Below, in pieces: positions 46,511 to 56,219 of a stretch of DNA of 64,000 nucleotides. A model generated the notes under the pieces. The model worked only from the letters and a program-made list of their open reading frames with translations. It was not told the origin of the DNA and did no database searches. Within the stretch, counting starts at the first letter, position 1. Every line of letters starts with the position of its first letter. Made by a program: the position numbers and the translations under genes. This DNA comes from Candidatus Eremiobacteria bacterium. Its GTDB lineage: Bacteria; Vulcanimicrobiota; Vulcanimicrobiia; Vulcanimicrobiales; Vulcanimicrobiaceae. The stretch covers positions 768,001 to 832,000 of the forward strand of contig CAVTRC010000001.1 of the NCBI GenBank assembly GCA_963737065.1, written 5' to 3'.

Positions 46511-47254
46511 ATGATGGCGCGCCCGGTGCCCGGATTCTTCTTTCCCGTGGCGGCAATTCTCTTGCTCGCCGCCGTCGCCGCGCCGATCGTTGCCGTACTC
46601 GTTAGCCTCTCTCCGGCCGAGGTTGGTCGCGCCTTCAGCGAACCCCAGGCGCTCTCGGCACTGCGTGTATCGTTTGAAGCCTCGCTGTGTGCGACCGGCG
46701 TTGCCGCGATACTCGGTATACCAGCGGGGTATTGGCTTGCGCGCGCGCCGCGTATCTATGCAATCCCGCTGCTCTTTACGCTCGCGCTGCCGCTCGCATT
46801 TCCGCCGGTTGCGTCGGGCATTTTGCTGCTTTCCGCACTGCGCGGCACGGCGATTCCCGATTCACTCGCGGGCGTTGCGGCCGCCGAGTTCTTCGTTTCC
46901 GGCTCGTTTGTCGCTATCTCGTCCGCGGCAGCGTTCGCGGCTGCCGACCCGATCTACGAAGACGCTGCGCGCACACTGGGCGTGAGTGAATGGCGAATTT
47001 TTTGCGCGATCGCGTTGCCCGCCGCAGCAGGAAATGTGTTGGCGGGAATCGCGTTCGCATGGCTTCGCGCAATCGGCGAGTACGGAGCGACAAGCGTGCT
47101 CGCATATCATCCTTCCTCCTTACCCGTCGCGCTCTATGTCGCGCTCTCGGCTTCGGGCGTGCGCGCGGCGCTCGCTCTAACGTATGGCTTTGTCGTCCTT
47201 GCTGCGATCGTTCTTGCGATTGCGTGGATTTTGCGCCGGCGCGTCGTAGAGTAA
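46511..47254 (+). CDS. ABC transporter permease, ModB/CysT-like
   Basis: LPLAFPPVASG, YEDAARTLG (EAA loop) and RAIGEYGAT. Confidence 0.8.
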   Translation: MMARPVPGFFFPVAAILLLAAVAAPIVAVLVSLSPAEVGRAFSEPQALSALRVSFEASLCATGVAAILGIPAGYWLARAPRIYAIPLLFTLALPLAFPPVASGILLLSALRGTAIPDSLAGVAAAEFFVSGSFVAISSAAAFAAADPIYEDAARTLGVSEWRIFCAIALPAAAGNVLAGIAFAWLRAIGEYGATSVLAYHPSSLPVALYVALSASGVRAALALTYGFVVLAAIVLAIAWILRRRVVE

Positions 47255-47261
47255 GGACGAT

Positions 47262-48155
47262 ATGGCCATCATCGATCGTTTACTCGCTCCGGACTCCGCC
47301 TTTCAAAAGAACTTCTTCTTTCTCGCCAAGCGTTTCGTGGCCGGCGAAACGATCGATTCTGCGATCCAAGCGGTGCGCAAGCTGAACAGCGAAGGCATGT
47401 CCGCCACGCTGGATTTTCTCGGCGAAGACGTGCTGGAGCGCGACGCCGCAATAAAGACGCGCGACGCGTACATCGACATGCTCGATGCGATCCGCATCAG
47501 CGGCGCAAACACGAACGTATCGGTGAAGTTAACCGCGATGGGATTGCTCGTGAGCGAAGACTTCGCGCTCGAGAATTTGCTGTACATTCTCGATCACGCG
47601 CAGCGCAACGCCGATCCATTCGTGCGGATCGACATGGAAGGGTCGTCGGTAACCGACGTGACGTTACGGGTGTTCGAGCGCGCATTTGCCACGCACAAGA
47701 ATGTCGGCATCGTCCTGCAAGCGTACCTGAAACGCACTGCAGCCGACGTAGAGCGCGCAATCGAACTCGGCGCGCGCGTTCGTCTGTGCAAGGGCGCGTA
47801 CAACGAGCCTCCCGAGATCGCGTACAAAGAAATGCCGGAAATTCGCGCAAACTACGTGAAGCTTGCGCGCGAGCTTTTGACGCGCGGGCACTATCCCGGT
47901 CTCGCGACCCATGACCGGGCTTTGATCGGAGAACTATGCGCCATCGTGAGCGACGAAGACATCGCGCGCGATAGGTTCGAATTTCAAATGCTTTACGGCT
48001 GCCGGCCGCAAGTACAGCGGGATCTCGTGGGCGACGGCTACCGCATGCGTGTGTACATTCCGTTCGGAACGCACTGGGCCGGCTATTTCTACCGGCGCGT
48101 GATGGAACGCCGCGAAAACGCACTCTTCGCGCTCTCGTCGATGTTTTCAAAGTAA
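47262..48155 (+). CDS. Monofunctional proline dehydrogenase
   Basis: FVAGET, SVKLTAMG, RIDME, QAYLKRT, RLCKGAY, ATHD, EFQMLYG and YFYRR..ER. Confidence 0.93.
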   Translation: MAIIDRLLAPDSAFQKNFFFLAKRFVAGETIDSAIQAVRKLNSEGMSATLDFLGEDVLERDAAIKTRDAYIDMLDAIRISGANTNVSVKLTAMGLLVSEDFALENLLYILDHAQRNADPFVRIDMEGSSVTDVTLRVFERAFATHKNVGIVLQAYLKRTAADVERAIELGARVRLCKGAYNEPPEIAYKEMPEIRANYVKLARELLTRGHYPGLATHDRALIGELCAIVSDEDIARDRFEFQMLYGCRPQVQRDLVGDGYRMRVYIPFGTHWAGYFYRRVMERRENALFALSSMFSK

Positions 48156-48162
48156 GTCGCGA

Positions 48163-48612
48163 ATGCGAGCGGTCGTTCAGCGTGTGACCCGCGCGGAGGT
48201 CCGTGTCGATGAACGGATCACCGGGAAGATCAGCCGGGGTCTTCTGGTACTCGTCGGCGTCGGGGTCGCTGACGACGCCGACGATGCACGCTGGACCGCC
48301 GAGAAGGTCGCGAACCTGCGAATCTTTATCGACGATGCGGGCCTCATGAACCGCAGCGTGCTCGACGTCGGCGGCGCGGTGTTGCTCGTCTCGCAATTCA
48401 CGCTTCATGGCGATGCGCGCAAGGGCCGCCGGCCGTCATTCATCACCGCTGCAAAAGAACCGCTCGCGAGCGAGCTGTACGAACAGACGGGCCGCGAACT
48501 TGAAATGCTTGGCCTCGAAGTCGCCTACGGCGAATTCGGCGCCGACATGCAAGTCGAACTCATCAACGACGGCCCCGTGACGATTCTGCTCGATTCCGAC
48601 CGTGCGTTTTGA
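48163..48612 (+). CDS. dtd: D-aminoacyl-tRNA deacylase
   Basis: MRAVVQRV, VSQFTL, KGRRPSF, FGADM and NDGPVT. Confidence 0.96.
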   Translation: MRAVVQRVTRAEVRVDERITGKISRGLLVLVGVGVADDADDARWTAEKVANLRIFIDDAGLMNRSVLDVGGAVLLVSQFTLHGDARKGRRPSFITAAKEPLASELYEQTGRELEMLGLEVAYGEFGADMQVELINDGPVTILLDSDRAF

Positions 48613-48616
48613 CGGT

Positions 48617-50102
48617 CTACAACGTCACATCGGCTATGCGTTCGATGCGCACGACGCGATCGGACTCGATGAGCCGTCCTAAGACGTCGAAGCCGCTCAC
48701 GACGCGCCCGAAGACCGTGAAATCGTTGTCGAGATGATACTGCGGCGACAATGTGATGTAGTACTCCGACCCCGCTGAATCAAGTAACGGCGTGTTCGTC
48801 TTGTCGTCATAGTTCAGCCCCATCGAAATGATGTATGCGTTTTGTTCCAGCGGATTCTGTTCCGCACCGATGGAGTAGCCGGGCCCCGGCGCGTTCTTGT
48901 CGTCCTTCTCACCGGTTTGCACGACGAAATCCGGAACGATTCGGAACCACCGGTTGTCGTCGTAGAATCCGCGCGCGGCGAGATTGAGAAAGTTTTCGAC
49001 GGTCAGCGGCGCCCATTCGGGAAACAACGCGACGTAGATGTTGCCCTTCGTCGTGACGATGCGCAGGCGGGGGTGCGCGCCGTGCGCGGGCGACGTCATA
49101 TCGGCCGCAGTCTTCGGCAACAGCTCCGGACCGAGATCCGCCGTCATGGCGTCCGGGATGGCGGCCTTGCCGGTGGCTGCCGCGAACGGAATGGCCGCCT
49201 CGGATGCCAACGAGTCCGGCGCGGGTGACGGCACGTGGATGGACGGCGGTATTGCGGTCCAGCTCGTGTGGAGAGGCTTACGTTGAAGCGCCAGCAGCGA
49301 CTCGGCGGTCTGTTCTTGTACCCGCCACGACGGATCGCGCAGCATCGGTTCGAGATCGGCTGCGGCGCGGCGGTCCGTCAGCTTCCCGTATGCGCGCGCC
49401 GCCTCAATGCGTACCGTTTCATCGTGATCGCGCAGCGCAGCAGCCAGTACCGTACGAGGAACGCGAGCAGCATAGCGACGGAAGATCGTCCACATAACGC
49501 GTTCGCGCACATAGTCGTCGCGTTCGTTGCGCATTGCGCTCGCAAGCGCGGTCGCGCACGATTCCGCCTCCGGCGCGTCGGCAAAGAAATTCAGCGTGAT
49601 CGCTGCCCGCCCCCGAACGATCGCGTCGACATCCGACGCAAGAACGGTGCGTGCCGCGGCCGCTGCACGCGACTGCGTCTCGCCGGCTAGCTTGTGCGCT
49701 GCCTCATATCTTCCGAGCGCGTCGAGAGCCGCGACGCGAACGGCGCCGCTCCGATCGGCCATCGACGTCTTGACCACTGCGCGTTGCGGCGGTTCCCAGC
49801 CCAATCACACCTAGCCCATATATGCTCATCGCACGAACGCTCGTTCGCGCATCGTTCAGGTGTGTGGCGAGCAACGGTGCACCGGCTGGAAGACGCGTTC
49901 TCCCGATCGCTAGAGCGGCTCGGGTCGCTGCCGTCTCGTCTGGTGCATTCAAAAGTGCAGCGAGTCGCCCATCGCCCAGACTTCTTGCCTGCTCGAATTG
50001 CAGCGTCGTTCGCGGAGTCGTCATCGTTGCAGCGCCAATGAAAACCGAGCAAGAGACGGCTGTAATACAAAAACGAGCGCGTAAAAAATCCGGCAATCGC
50101 AC
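48617..50102 (-). pseudogene. HEAT-repeat plus cyclophilin-type peptidylprolyl isomerase, split by one frameshift near 49780 (pseudogene or sequence error)
   Basis: Signal peptide and HEAT repeats (RAALAIGR, VRAMSIYGLG) in one frame continue in another (VRVAALDALG...APLTVENFLNLA..GFYD...FRIVPDFVVQTG...SAGSEYYIT...FTVFGRV). Confidence 0.75.
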
Positions 50103-50201
50103 GCCTACCCCCAACCATTTGACCCGAACTTGCGTTCTAGTATATGCAGAATGATCGCTGTCCTCCCCGGACAGCGCGAGAAGATAAGAGAGAAAAGCAT
50201 A

Positions 50202-50543
50202 ATGTCGACCCCAGAAATCCACAAAAAGACGACCGGTATGTCCGTTCGGGAAGCAGGCCAGAAAGGCGGCGAGACGGTCAAGAAAAAGTACGGTCCGGAG
50301 TTCTACGAGCAAATCGGGCGCAAAGGCGGGCTCGCGACAAAGCAAGCTCACGGTCACGAATTCTACGAGCAAATCGGTAAGAAAGGTGGCAAGAAAGGTG
50401 GCGAAGCCACGCGCGATCGCTACGGTCCTGACTTCTACGAACGCATCGGACAAAAAGGTGGCCAGAAAGTCAAACAACTCATCGAAGAGGGCAAACGCGC
50501 TGCCGCGGCCGCGAACCCGGAAGCAGAAAAGCGCGCGAGCTAG
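50202..50543 (+). CDS. KGG-repeat general stress protein (GsiB/Em/LEA group 1-like)
   Basis: ~20-aa repeats GQKGGETVKKKYGPEFYEQI / GRKGG...HEFYEQI / KKGGEATRDRYGPDFYERI. Confidence 0.88.
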   Translation: MSTPEIHKKTTGMSVREAGQKGGETVKKKYGPEFYEQIGRKGGLATKQAHGHEFYEQIGKKGGKKGGEATRDRYGPDFYERIGQKGGQKVKQLIEEGKRAAAAANPEAEKRAS

Positions 50544-51285
50544 TTTCGCAGCTGTGAGTGCGGCGGGCATCATGCTCGCCGCCCTTTCTCAATTCAATGC
50601 GCCCGCAACGGCGTTTCCTGTCGCAACGGCGAAGCCGAGCGGATCACCCACCGCCTCACCAACGGCGCCGCCGAACGTCTTACCGCTCAATTCGCGGTTG
50701 ACGTTCGTACTGGACGGCACGATATCGTCGGCAAGCTCTAAGACCGACGAAATGGTCAACGCGCATTTGAAAAACGCGGTTACGGTCGGTTCGCGCACGA
50801 TCGCCAACGCCGGCACACCGGTGCAAATTCGTATTCTGGATGCCAAGCCGGCGGAAAATCCCGATATCTATGGCTTCGTCGATATCTTTTTCGAACCGCT
50901 GCGCTTGAACGACGGTCGTACGATTGCGCTGCGTCCTCCAAGCTCTCATCTCAACGTGAACTCCAGCGCCGGACACGAATCGACGGTCGCCGTTGAGAAT
51001 ACGATCGGCGACATCTTCGCACCAACGATGCTTCTACACATCTTTCGCAAGGGACGCAACTTCGTGTTGCAGCCGGGAGCGGAAGTTCACGCGTTGACGG
51101 AGGCGGCCGTCGAAGCGATGCCAAACGGAACCATTGCGATCATGACGCCGGCGCCGATCGTGGTCGAGGAGGCGACGCCGCATTCCTCATTCCGTACGGT
51201 GCCCCTCGCGACGCCAAACCCAAGCTTCCGGCCTGAAATGACAACGCCGACGCTCGGTCCCGGAACGCCAACGCCTCGTCCGTAA
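50500..51285 (+). CDS. Hypothetical exported protein with a TrbI/VirB10-like beta domain and Pro/Thr-rich linkers
   Basis: Signal-like N-terminus, L...ISS...K..E.V.A.L...V.V...I..AGT motif; start uncertain (CTG 50500 or GTG 50554). Confidence 0.55.
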   Translation: MPRPRTRKQKSARASFAAVSAAGIMLAALSQFNAPATAFPVATAKPSGSPTASPTAPPNVLPLNSRLTFVLDGTISSASSKTDEMVNAHLKNAVTVGSRTIANAGTPVQIRILDAKPAENPDIYGFVDIFFEPLRLNDGRTIALRPPSSHLNVNSSAGHESTVAVENTIGDIFAPTMLLHIFRKGRNFVLQPGAEVHALTEAAVEAMPNGTIAIMTPAPIVVEEATPHSSFRTVPLATPNPSFRPEMTTPTLGPGTPTPRP

Positions 51286-51295
51286 GGAGGTCCGT

Positions 51296-51967
51296 GTGAT
51301 CAATCGTTTCGTGAACGCACTTGTTGCTGCGGTTGCGTTTACTTCGTGCGCGGCGATCGCTGCCGACGCAACACTTTCCGCGAAACCGCAAGGCGCCGAA
51401 GTCGCCTTCGTCTCGGCGGTCTCTAAAGACCTTAACGCCCGCTTCGCGACGCCGGCAGACGCCGAGAAAGCCGGCTACTTTCGCTACACCAACGAAGATA
51501 AAACCGGCGCGATCAGCTACGCCAACCTTCAATGGCAGTCAGCCGATCAACAACATCCGAGCCAACTGTGGTACAGCGCAAACGGAAAATTGCTCGGCGC
51601 GGACTATTCGGTACTGCAAAGCAATTCGCCCAATCGGCCATCACTCTGGGGCGTGAACCCGCAGCGCTGGGACACGTTCCACGCGCACGTGCACTACGTG
51701 CTGAGCGGCACTGACGGTAAAGAAACCTACGGCGCCACATCGGTATCGAAGTTCACAGCAGCCGGCGGCGATCCGAAGGACCCGCAGGCCGCGACCCTCG
51801 TGAAGATGGGCGTCGCCAAAGACGCATCCCAAGTCAAACACGTCTTTCTCTTCCCAGCGATCTGGGATCTGGAATTGTGGGTGACTCCCAACCCAACCGG
51901 CGCCTTCGCCGAAGCGAACCCGCTCGTAAAGCCATCAGCAAACGCTGAGACCGGCGACAATATGTAG
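51296..51967 (+). CDS. Hypothetical secreted protein
   Basis: AAGGAGG SD, GTG start, signal peptide, A.KAGY...PSQLWY...HAHVHY...W..PNP.GAFA..NP.V. Confidence 0.75.
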   Translation: MINRFVNALVAAVAFTSCAAIAADATLSAKPQGAEVAFVSAVSKDLNARFATPADAEKAGYFRYTNEDKTGAISYANLQWQSADQQHPSQLWYSANGKLLGADYSVLQSNSPNRPSLWGVNPQRWDTFHAHVHYVLSGTDGKETYGATSVSKFTAAGGDPKDPQAATLVKMGVAKDASQVKHVFLFPAIWDLELWVTPNPTGAFAEANPLVKPSANAETGDNM

Positions 51968-52025
51968 CGGGGCGTCCGAGATGTGACACTGTCGCTGGGA
52001 TTCGCATGGTGAATACGGAGACACG

Positions 52026-52051
52026 AAAAAACCGCCTCGTGCGGTTTTTTT
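52026..52051. terminator. Bidirectional intrinsic terminator
   Basis: AAAAAA-CCGC-ctcgt-GCGG-TTTTTTT between convergent genes. Confidence 0.8.
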
Positions 52052-52124
52052 GCTCGACTGGCGCTCCGGGTTCGAGCTGTCATGGTTCCAGCGCATCGGA
52101 TCCCGGTCTCGTATGCGCCCACGT

Positions 52125-52811
52125 CTACGGCTTCGCGCAGTTCGCCGTTGCCGCGTCGTAAGCCGTATCGACGGCTTTTTCTTCGTTTTGCGCGATGACG
52201 TCTCGTTGGCCGTCGAAGCGCAGTGACGTTTTGATATCCTTCATGTCTTTCGGAAGCGTCATCTCCGAATACGAGTTGCCGCCGAGCGAGTGGGGAAGAT
52301 TGTCTAGGTCGTATTCCATCATCGTTTGCGCGACGCCGTTGAGGTCGATCGTCATCGCGCGTTGTTTCGCGTAGGCGCGCTGCAGATCGTCGGCGGAATC
52401 CGTGATTGCTTTGGCCGCGGCTTGATCCGTTGTGAGGGATGCGCCTTTGCGCAGTTCGGTAATTTCAGACTCGATTGTCGGGAGCGTTTTCTGAAGGACG
52501 TCGACGTACTTCAACAGCTTGGACCGTGCGTCAACGAAGCGCGCTTGGTAGTCCGGTTTGCCGAACAATTCGTTGATGTCGACGAGCTGCGTGTTTACTT
52601 GATCGAGCGTTCGATCGTTGGCGTACATCGGTACGAATGCGCCGTTGAAGTGACGCGCGAGCGAGTTGCAGTACGGCGAAGACTTCACCGTTATGATCGT
52701 CTTCGGTGGAGCGGCCGGCACCACTGCGCGTGCGGCCGGCGTTGCCGATGGAGACGCGGCCGGCGCTGGAACGACAATGGCAAGCAACAAACAAAGCAGC
52801 ATCTGCGTCAT
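52125..52811 (-). CDS. Hypothetical secreted helical protein
   Basis: Signal peptide, Pro/Ala linker, KTI..V.SSPYC and a C-terminal Cys. Confidence 0.7.
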   Translation of the reverse strand: MTQMLLCLLLAIVVPAPAASPSATPAARAVVPAAPPKTIITVKSSPYCNSLARHFNGAFVPMYANDRTLDQVNTQLVDINELFGKPDYQARFVDARSKLLKYVDVLQKTLPTIESEITELRKGASLTTDQAAAKAITDSADDLQRAYAKQRAMTIDLNGVAQTMMEYDLDNLPHSLGGNSYSEMTLPKDMKDIKTSLRFDGQRDVIAQNEEKAVDTAYDAATANCAKP

Positions 52812-52871
52812 GTCATTGGCTTGTTATGCCCAAAACAACGCACTATCGCGCTCAGCGTGCCGCCACAATGA

Positions 52872-52975
52872 AAAAACTTTGAGATTTCGTCCCTGGTTAA
52901 GCGCGAGTGGCTGAAGTGGATTAGGATCCACGAAGCGTCTCGCAACGACACCAGGGCCGAAATCTCGAAGTTTTT
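52872..52975. repeat. Long inverted repeat / ~104-nt hairpin at the rpoD 3' end
   Basis: Arms 52872-52897 and 52950-52975 match at 24 of 26 nt; inner stems GCGAG/CTCGC and GTGGAT/ATCCAC. Confidence 0.85.
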
Positions 52976-54134
52976 ATTCGTTGGACCAGTAGTCTTTCAA
53001 CGCTTTGCCGCGTGAGGGATGCCGCAGCTTCCGCAGCGCTTTCGCCTCGATTTGGCGGATACGTTCGCGCGTGACCCCGAACTCTTGGCCAACCTCTTCG
53101 AGCGTGCGCTGGTGGCCGTCTTCGAGGCCGAAGCGCAGGACGAGCACTTTGCGCTCGCGCTCGGTGAGATTCTGCAGCACGTCCTGCATCTTCTCTTTGA
53201 GCAGCATGACGGACGCCGCCTCGGCGGGTGCTACGGCTTCCTGATCCTCGATGAAGTCGCCCAAGTGCGAATCTTCCTCTTCGCCGATCGGCGTCTCGAG
53301 AGAGATCGGCTCTTGCGAAATCTTCATCACTTCGCGCACCTTCTCGGGCGTGAGCGCCATTGCTTCGGCGATCTCTTCGACCGATGGCTCGCGGCCGAGC
53401 TCTTGCAAGAGCTGACGCGAAATTTTGATCAGACGATTGATCGTCTCCACCATGTGCACGGGGATGCGAATCGTTCGCGCCTGATCTGCGAGTGCACGAG
53501 TGATCGCCTGACGGATCCACCACGTTGCGTACGTCGAGAACTTGTAGCCCTTGCGGTAGTCGAATTTTTCGACCGCGCGAATCAAGCCGAGGTTGCCTTC
53601 CTGAATGAGGTCCAAGAAGAGCATGCCGCGGCCGACATACTTCTTCGCGATCGATACGACGAGACGGAGATTTGCTTCCGTCAGTTGACGTTTCGCTTCG
53701 TCGCCGTCGGCGACGATCGCTGAGTCCGCCGTACCGTTCTTGCTGACTTCCAGTTCACCGGCCTCGATCCGCATCGCGAGCGATTTCTCTTGCTCCATCG
53801 AGAGCAGCGGAACGCGGCCGATCTCTTTGAGATACATGCGAACCGGATCGTCGAGCGAAAGCCCGTCGGGAATCGGCTCTTCCTGCTCCTCTTCGTCCGG
53901 TTTCTCTTCTTTTTGCTCGTCGATAATCTCGATGCCGGCGGCGGTGATCTCTTCGAACAGTCCGTCGATCTCGTCGGGATTGACGTCGTCGAGCGCATCA
54001 AAGGCGGAGTTGATTTCTTCGTACGTCAACGAACCACGCTGCTTGCCGCGCGCGATCAGTTTCTTTTTGAGCTCGTCCAGCGTCAGCGTGGGCTGCGCTT
54101 CTGCGACTGCTGCTCCCGACTTCTTGCGTGCCAT
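52974..54134 (-). CDS. rpoD: RNA polymerase primary sigma factor
   Basis: Region 1.1, [36 protein letters not shown] and TRERIRQIE. Confidence 0.97.
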   Translation of the reverse strand: MARKKSGAAVAEAQPTLTLDELKKKLIARGKQRGSLTYEEINSAFDALDDVNPDEIDGLFEEITAAGIEIIDEQKEEKPDEEEQEEPIPDGLSLDDPVRMYLKEIGRVPLLSMEQEKSLAMRIEAGELEVSKNGTADSAIVADGDEAKRQLTEANLRLVVSIAKKYVGRGMLFLDLIQEGNLGLIRAVEKFDYRKGYKFSTYATWWIRQAITRALADQARTIRIPVHMVETINRLIKISRQLLQELGREPSVEEIAEAMALTPEKVREVMKISQEPISLETPIGEEEDSHLGDFIEDQEAVAPAEAASVMLLKEKMQDVLQNLTERERKVLVLRFGLEDGHQRTLEEVGQEFGVTRERIRQIEAKALRKLRHPSRGKALKDYWSNE

Positions 54135-54322
54135 ACTCTTCGACGTCACCCCCTTTCCCGTAAAAATCTCGAAGCACGTCGCGCTTCGCTCTGGTGCTCC
54201 GTTCGACTTTTCCCATTTCGCGGGAAAACCGCTCTGCGCACCCCCACGCGGACTTCGCGGCGTGGGACCTCATTGGATTCGCGATCGTTTGACCGCTCTA
54301 CATTAGACTCGTTAATTTGCGT

Positions 54323-56149
54323 TTACTTCTTTAACTTAAGTTTCACCGCCTCGAACTCGTCCATGAGCTCGCGCGGAACGGGTTTGCCTGTTTCAAACAG
54401 TTCGTCGAGGGTGCGGGACAGGTACGCATACCGGTCTTGTTCCTCATCCCTCTTCAATCGCTCGATGATACGCTCGAGATGCGCTCGGCGTTCATCCCGA
54501 TCGCCGCCGTATCGCAGGGCCTTGCTGCGATCCGCCTGTCCCAACGACGCGAGCAACTCCACTGCATCGCCGTCGTCCGCGAACGCAGCAAATACATCGG
54601 CCGTGTCACGCAACGGAGTCGCCTGGTGCACGATGGCCTCGAATGTACGGCGGTAGAGTTCGTTGCGAAATCGCTCGGTCGGAATACGATTGGCGTACTC
54701 TAGCGCAAGCGGCGGATCTTGGAGAATGATGCTAAGGACCTCGCGCTCGAAGGAGAGCGGCTCGAGCCGTCCGCTGCCCGCGGTACGTTGGTGAACCGCA
54801 GCGTGGCGGCTGCCGATCGCCGCGCCCGGCCCCGACGCGCGAGGCGCGAAGTTGGCACTGTTCGCGAGGAACCGGCTATTCCGAAGGTCGTCCACGTTCA
54901 CCTTCAACCGCCCCGCAACGTATACGCGCCAACGGTCCCATTCCTCACGGGGCGTCAATTCGCGAATGAGACCCTCGGCGTTCCTCGCAATCGTCGCCGG
55001 AGATTCAAACCCGCTGGTGAGGCGATCGATTTGAGGGTCGAGTTTAAATTCTATCGATGGCTTGGCTGTCTGGAGAACGGCACGGAAACCAGCCTCACCA
55101 TGCGAGCGAAGGTAGCTGTCGGGATCTTCGCCGTGCGGCAACATCACGACGCGCACGGCGGAGCCCGTGTGCTCTATCACTCTAGATGCAATATCGACTG
55201 CTTTGGTTGCAGCGGAGCTGCCTGCTGCGTCGGCATCAAAGCAGAGGAATACATGGTCCGCATACTTGCGCAATTCCACGGCCTGCTTTTCCGTAAACGA
55301 CGTCCCGAGCGCGGCAACCGCGTTTTCAAATCCGGCCTGGTGAAGCGCGATGCAGTCGAGGTAACCCTCGACCACAATCAGCGTGCGTTCCGTCTGCGCG
55401 GCACGACGCGCAACGTTGAGCGCGAACAGATGCTCGCCCTTTGTGTAGACCGGCGTCGTACTCGTGTTGAGATATTTCGGCTCTTCCGTTCCGAGTGCGC
55501 GCCCGCCGAACGCGATCACCTCCCCGGTCGTGGCATAGGTCGGAATCATCAATCGATCGCGATAGAAATCGTAATATCCGCGTTGACCCTGCTTCACCAG
55601 GCCGGCTTTCGCCGCGGTTTCCATGGCGACGTCGTGGCTGCGCAGCTCATCGGTCAGTCCACTCCAATTATCCGGGGCATACCCAATTGCAAATTTTTCG
55701 ATCGTCGCGTCGCGAAAGCCGCGCCGTTCGCAATACTCGCGTGCCGGCGCACCGCCGGCGCTCTTCAACATCCGCACGAAAAAGGCGACGGCGATTTTAT
55801 TGGCTTCGTAGATCGCTTCGCGCTCGTTGCGCGCGCGCGTCGCGCGCGGATCCTCGGCTTCCACTTCGATTCCGGCTTTGCCGGCAAGCAGACGAACCGC
55901 GTCGGGAAACGGCAGATTCTCGAGTTTCTGCACGAACGCGATGATGTCGCCGGCGGCTCCGCAGCCGAAGCACTTGAAGTACCCGTCTTCGGCGTGCACG
56001 TGGAACGACGGCGTCTTCTCGCCGTGAAAGGGGCACAGTCCAACGAGATCGCGTCCGCGCTTCTTAAGCGCAACGTACTGGCCGATGAAAGTTGCGATAT
56101 CAATTCGCGAGTGAACCTCACGAATGACGCCTTGATCGAAACGCGGCAT
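54323..56149 (-). CDS. dnaG: DNA primase
   Basis: CPFH..KTPSF...CFGC zinc ribbon, FGGR, KYLN, VEGYLD and D.D TOPRIM motifs, DPD. Confidence 0.96.
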   Translation of the reverse strand: MPRFDQGVIREVHSRIDIATFIGQYVALKKRGRDLVGLCPFHGEKTPSFHVHAEDGYFKCFGCGAAGDIIAFVQKLENLPFPDAVRLLAGKAGIEVEAEDPRATRARNEREAIYEANKIAVAFFVRMLKSAGGAPAREYCERRGFRDATIEKFAIGYAPDNWSGLTDELRSHDVAMETAAKAGLVKQGQRGYYDFYRDRLMIPTYATTGEVIAFGGRALGTEEPKYLNTSTTPVYTKGEHLFALNVARRAAQTERTLIVVEGYLDCIALHQAGFENAVAALGTSFTEKQAVELRKYADHVFLCFDADAAGSSAATKAVDIASRVIEHTGSAVRVVMLPHGEDPDSYLRSHGEAGFRAVLQTAKPSIEFKLDPQIDRLTSGFESPATIARNAEGLIRELTPREEWDRWRVYVAGRLKVNVDDLRNSRFLANSANFAPRASGPGAAIGSRHAAVHQRTAGSGRLEPLSFEREVLSIILQDPPLALEYANRIPTERFRNELYRRTFEAIVHQATPLRDTADVFAAFADDGDAVELLASLGQADRSKALRYGGDRDERRAHLERIIERLKRDEEQDRYAYLSRTLDELFETGKPVPRELMDEFEAVKLKLKK

Positions 56150-56219
56150 GGTTGTTTAGTGAAGTGTTCGCGCCAGGCTCGGGAATCCCGGCGCCGAATC
56201 GCTCCTATAGGCTCCGACG

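Noticed and set aside
50240..50480. Periodic nucleotide repeats (TTCTACGAGCAAATCGG) as a possible CRISPR array
   Set aside because: The spacing (60 and 72 nt) is in-frame and encodes KGG protein repeats; the spacers are similar to each other and no cas genes are present.
49704..50573. 289-aa minus-strand ORF as an independent gene
   Set aside because: Its 5' half is antisense to the KGG gene, and its 3' half is the N-terminus of the frameshifted HEAT-cyclophilin.
51968..52124. Extra short hairpins around the terminator as a tRNA remnant or ncRNA
   Set aside because: No cloverleaf forms, and 6-bp GC-rich stems are expected by chance at this GC content.
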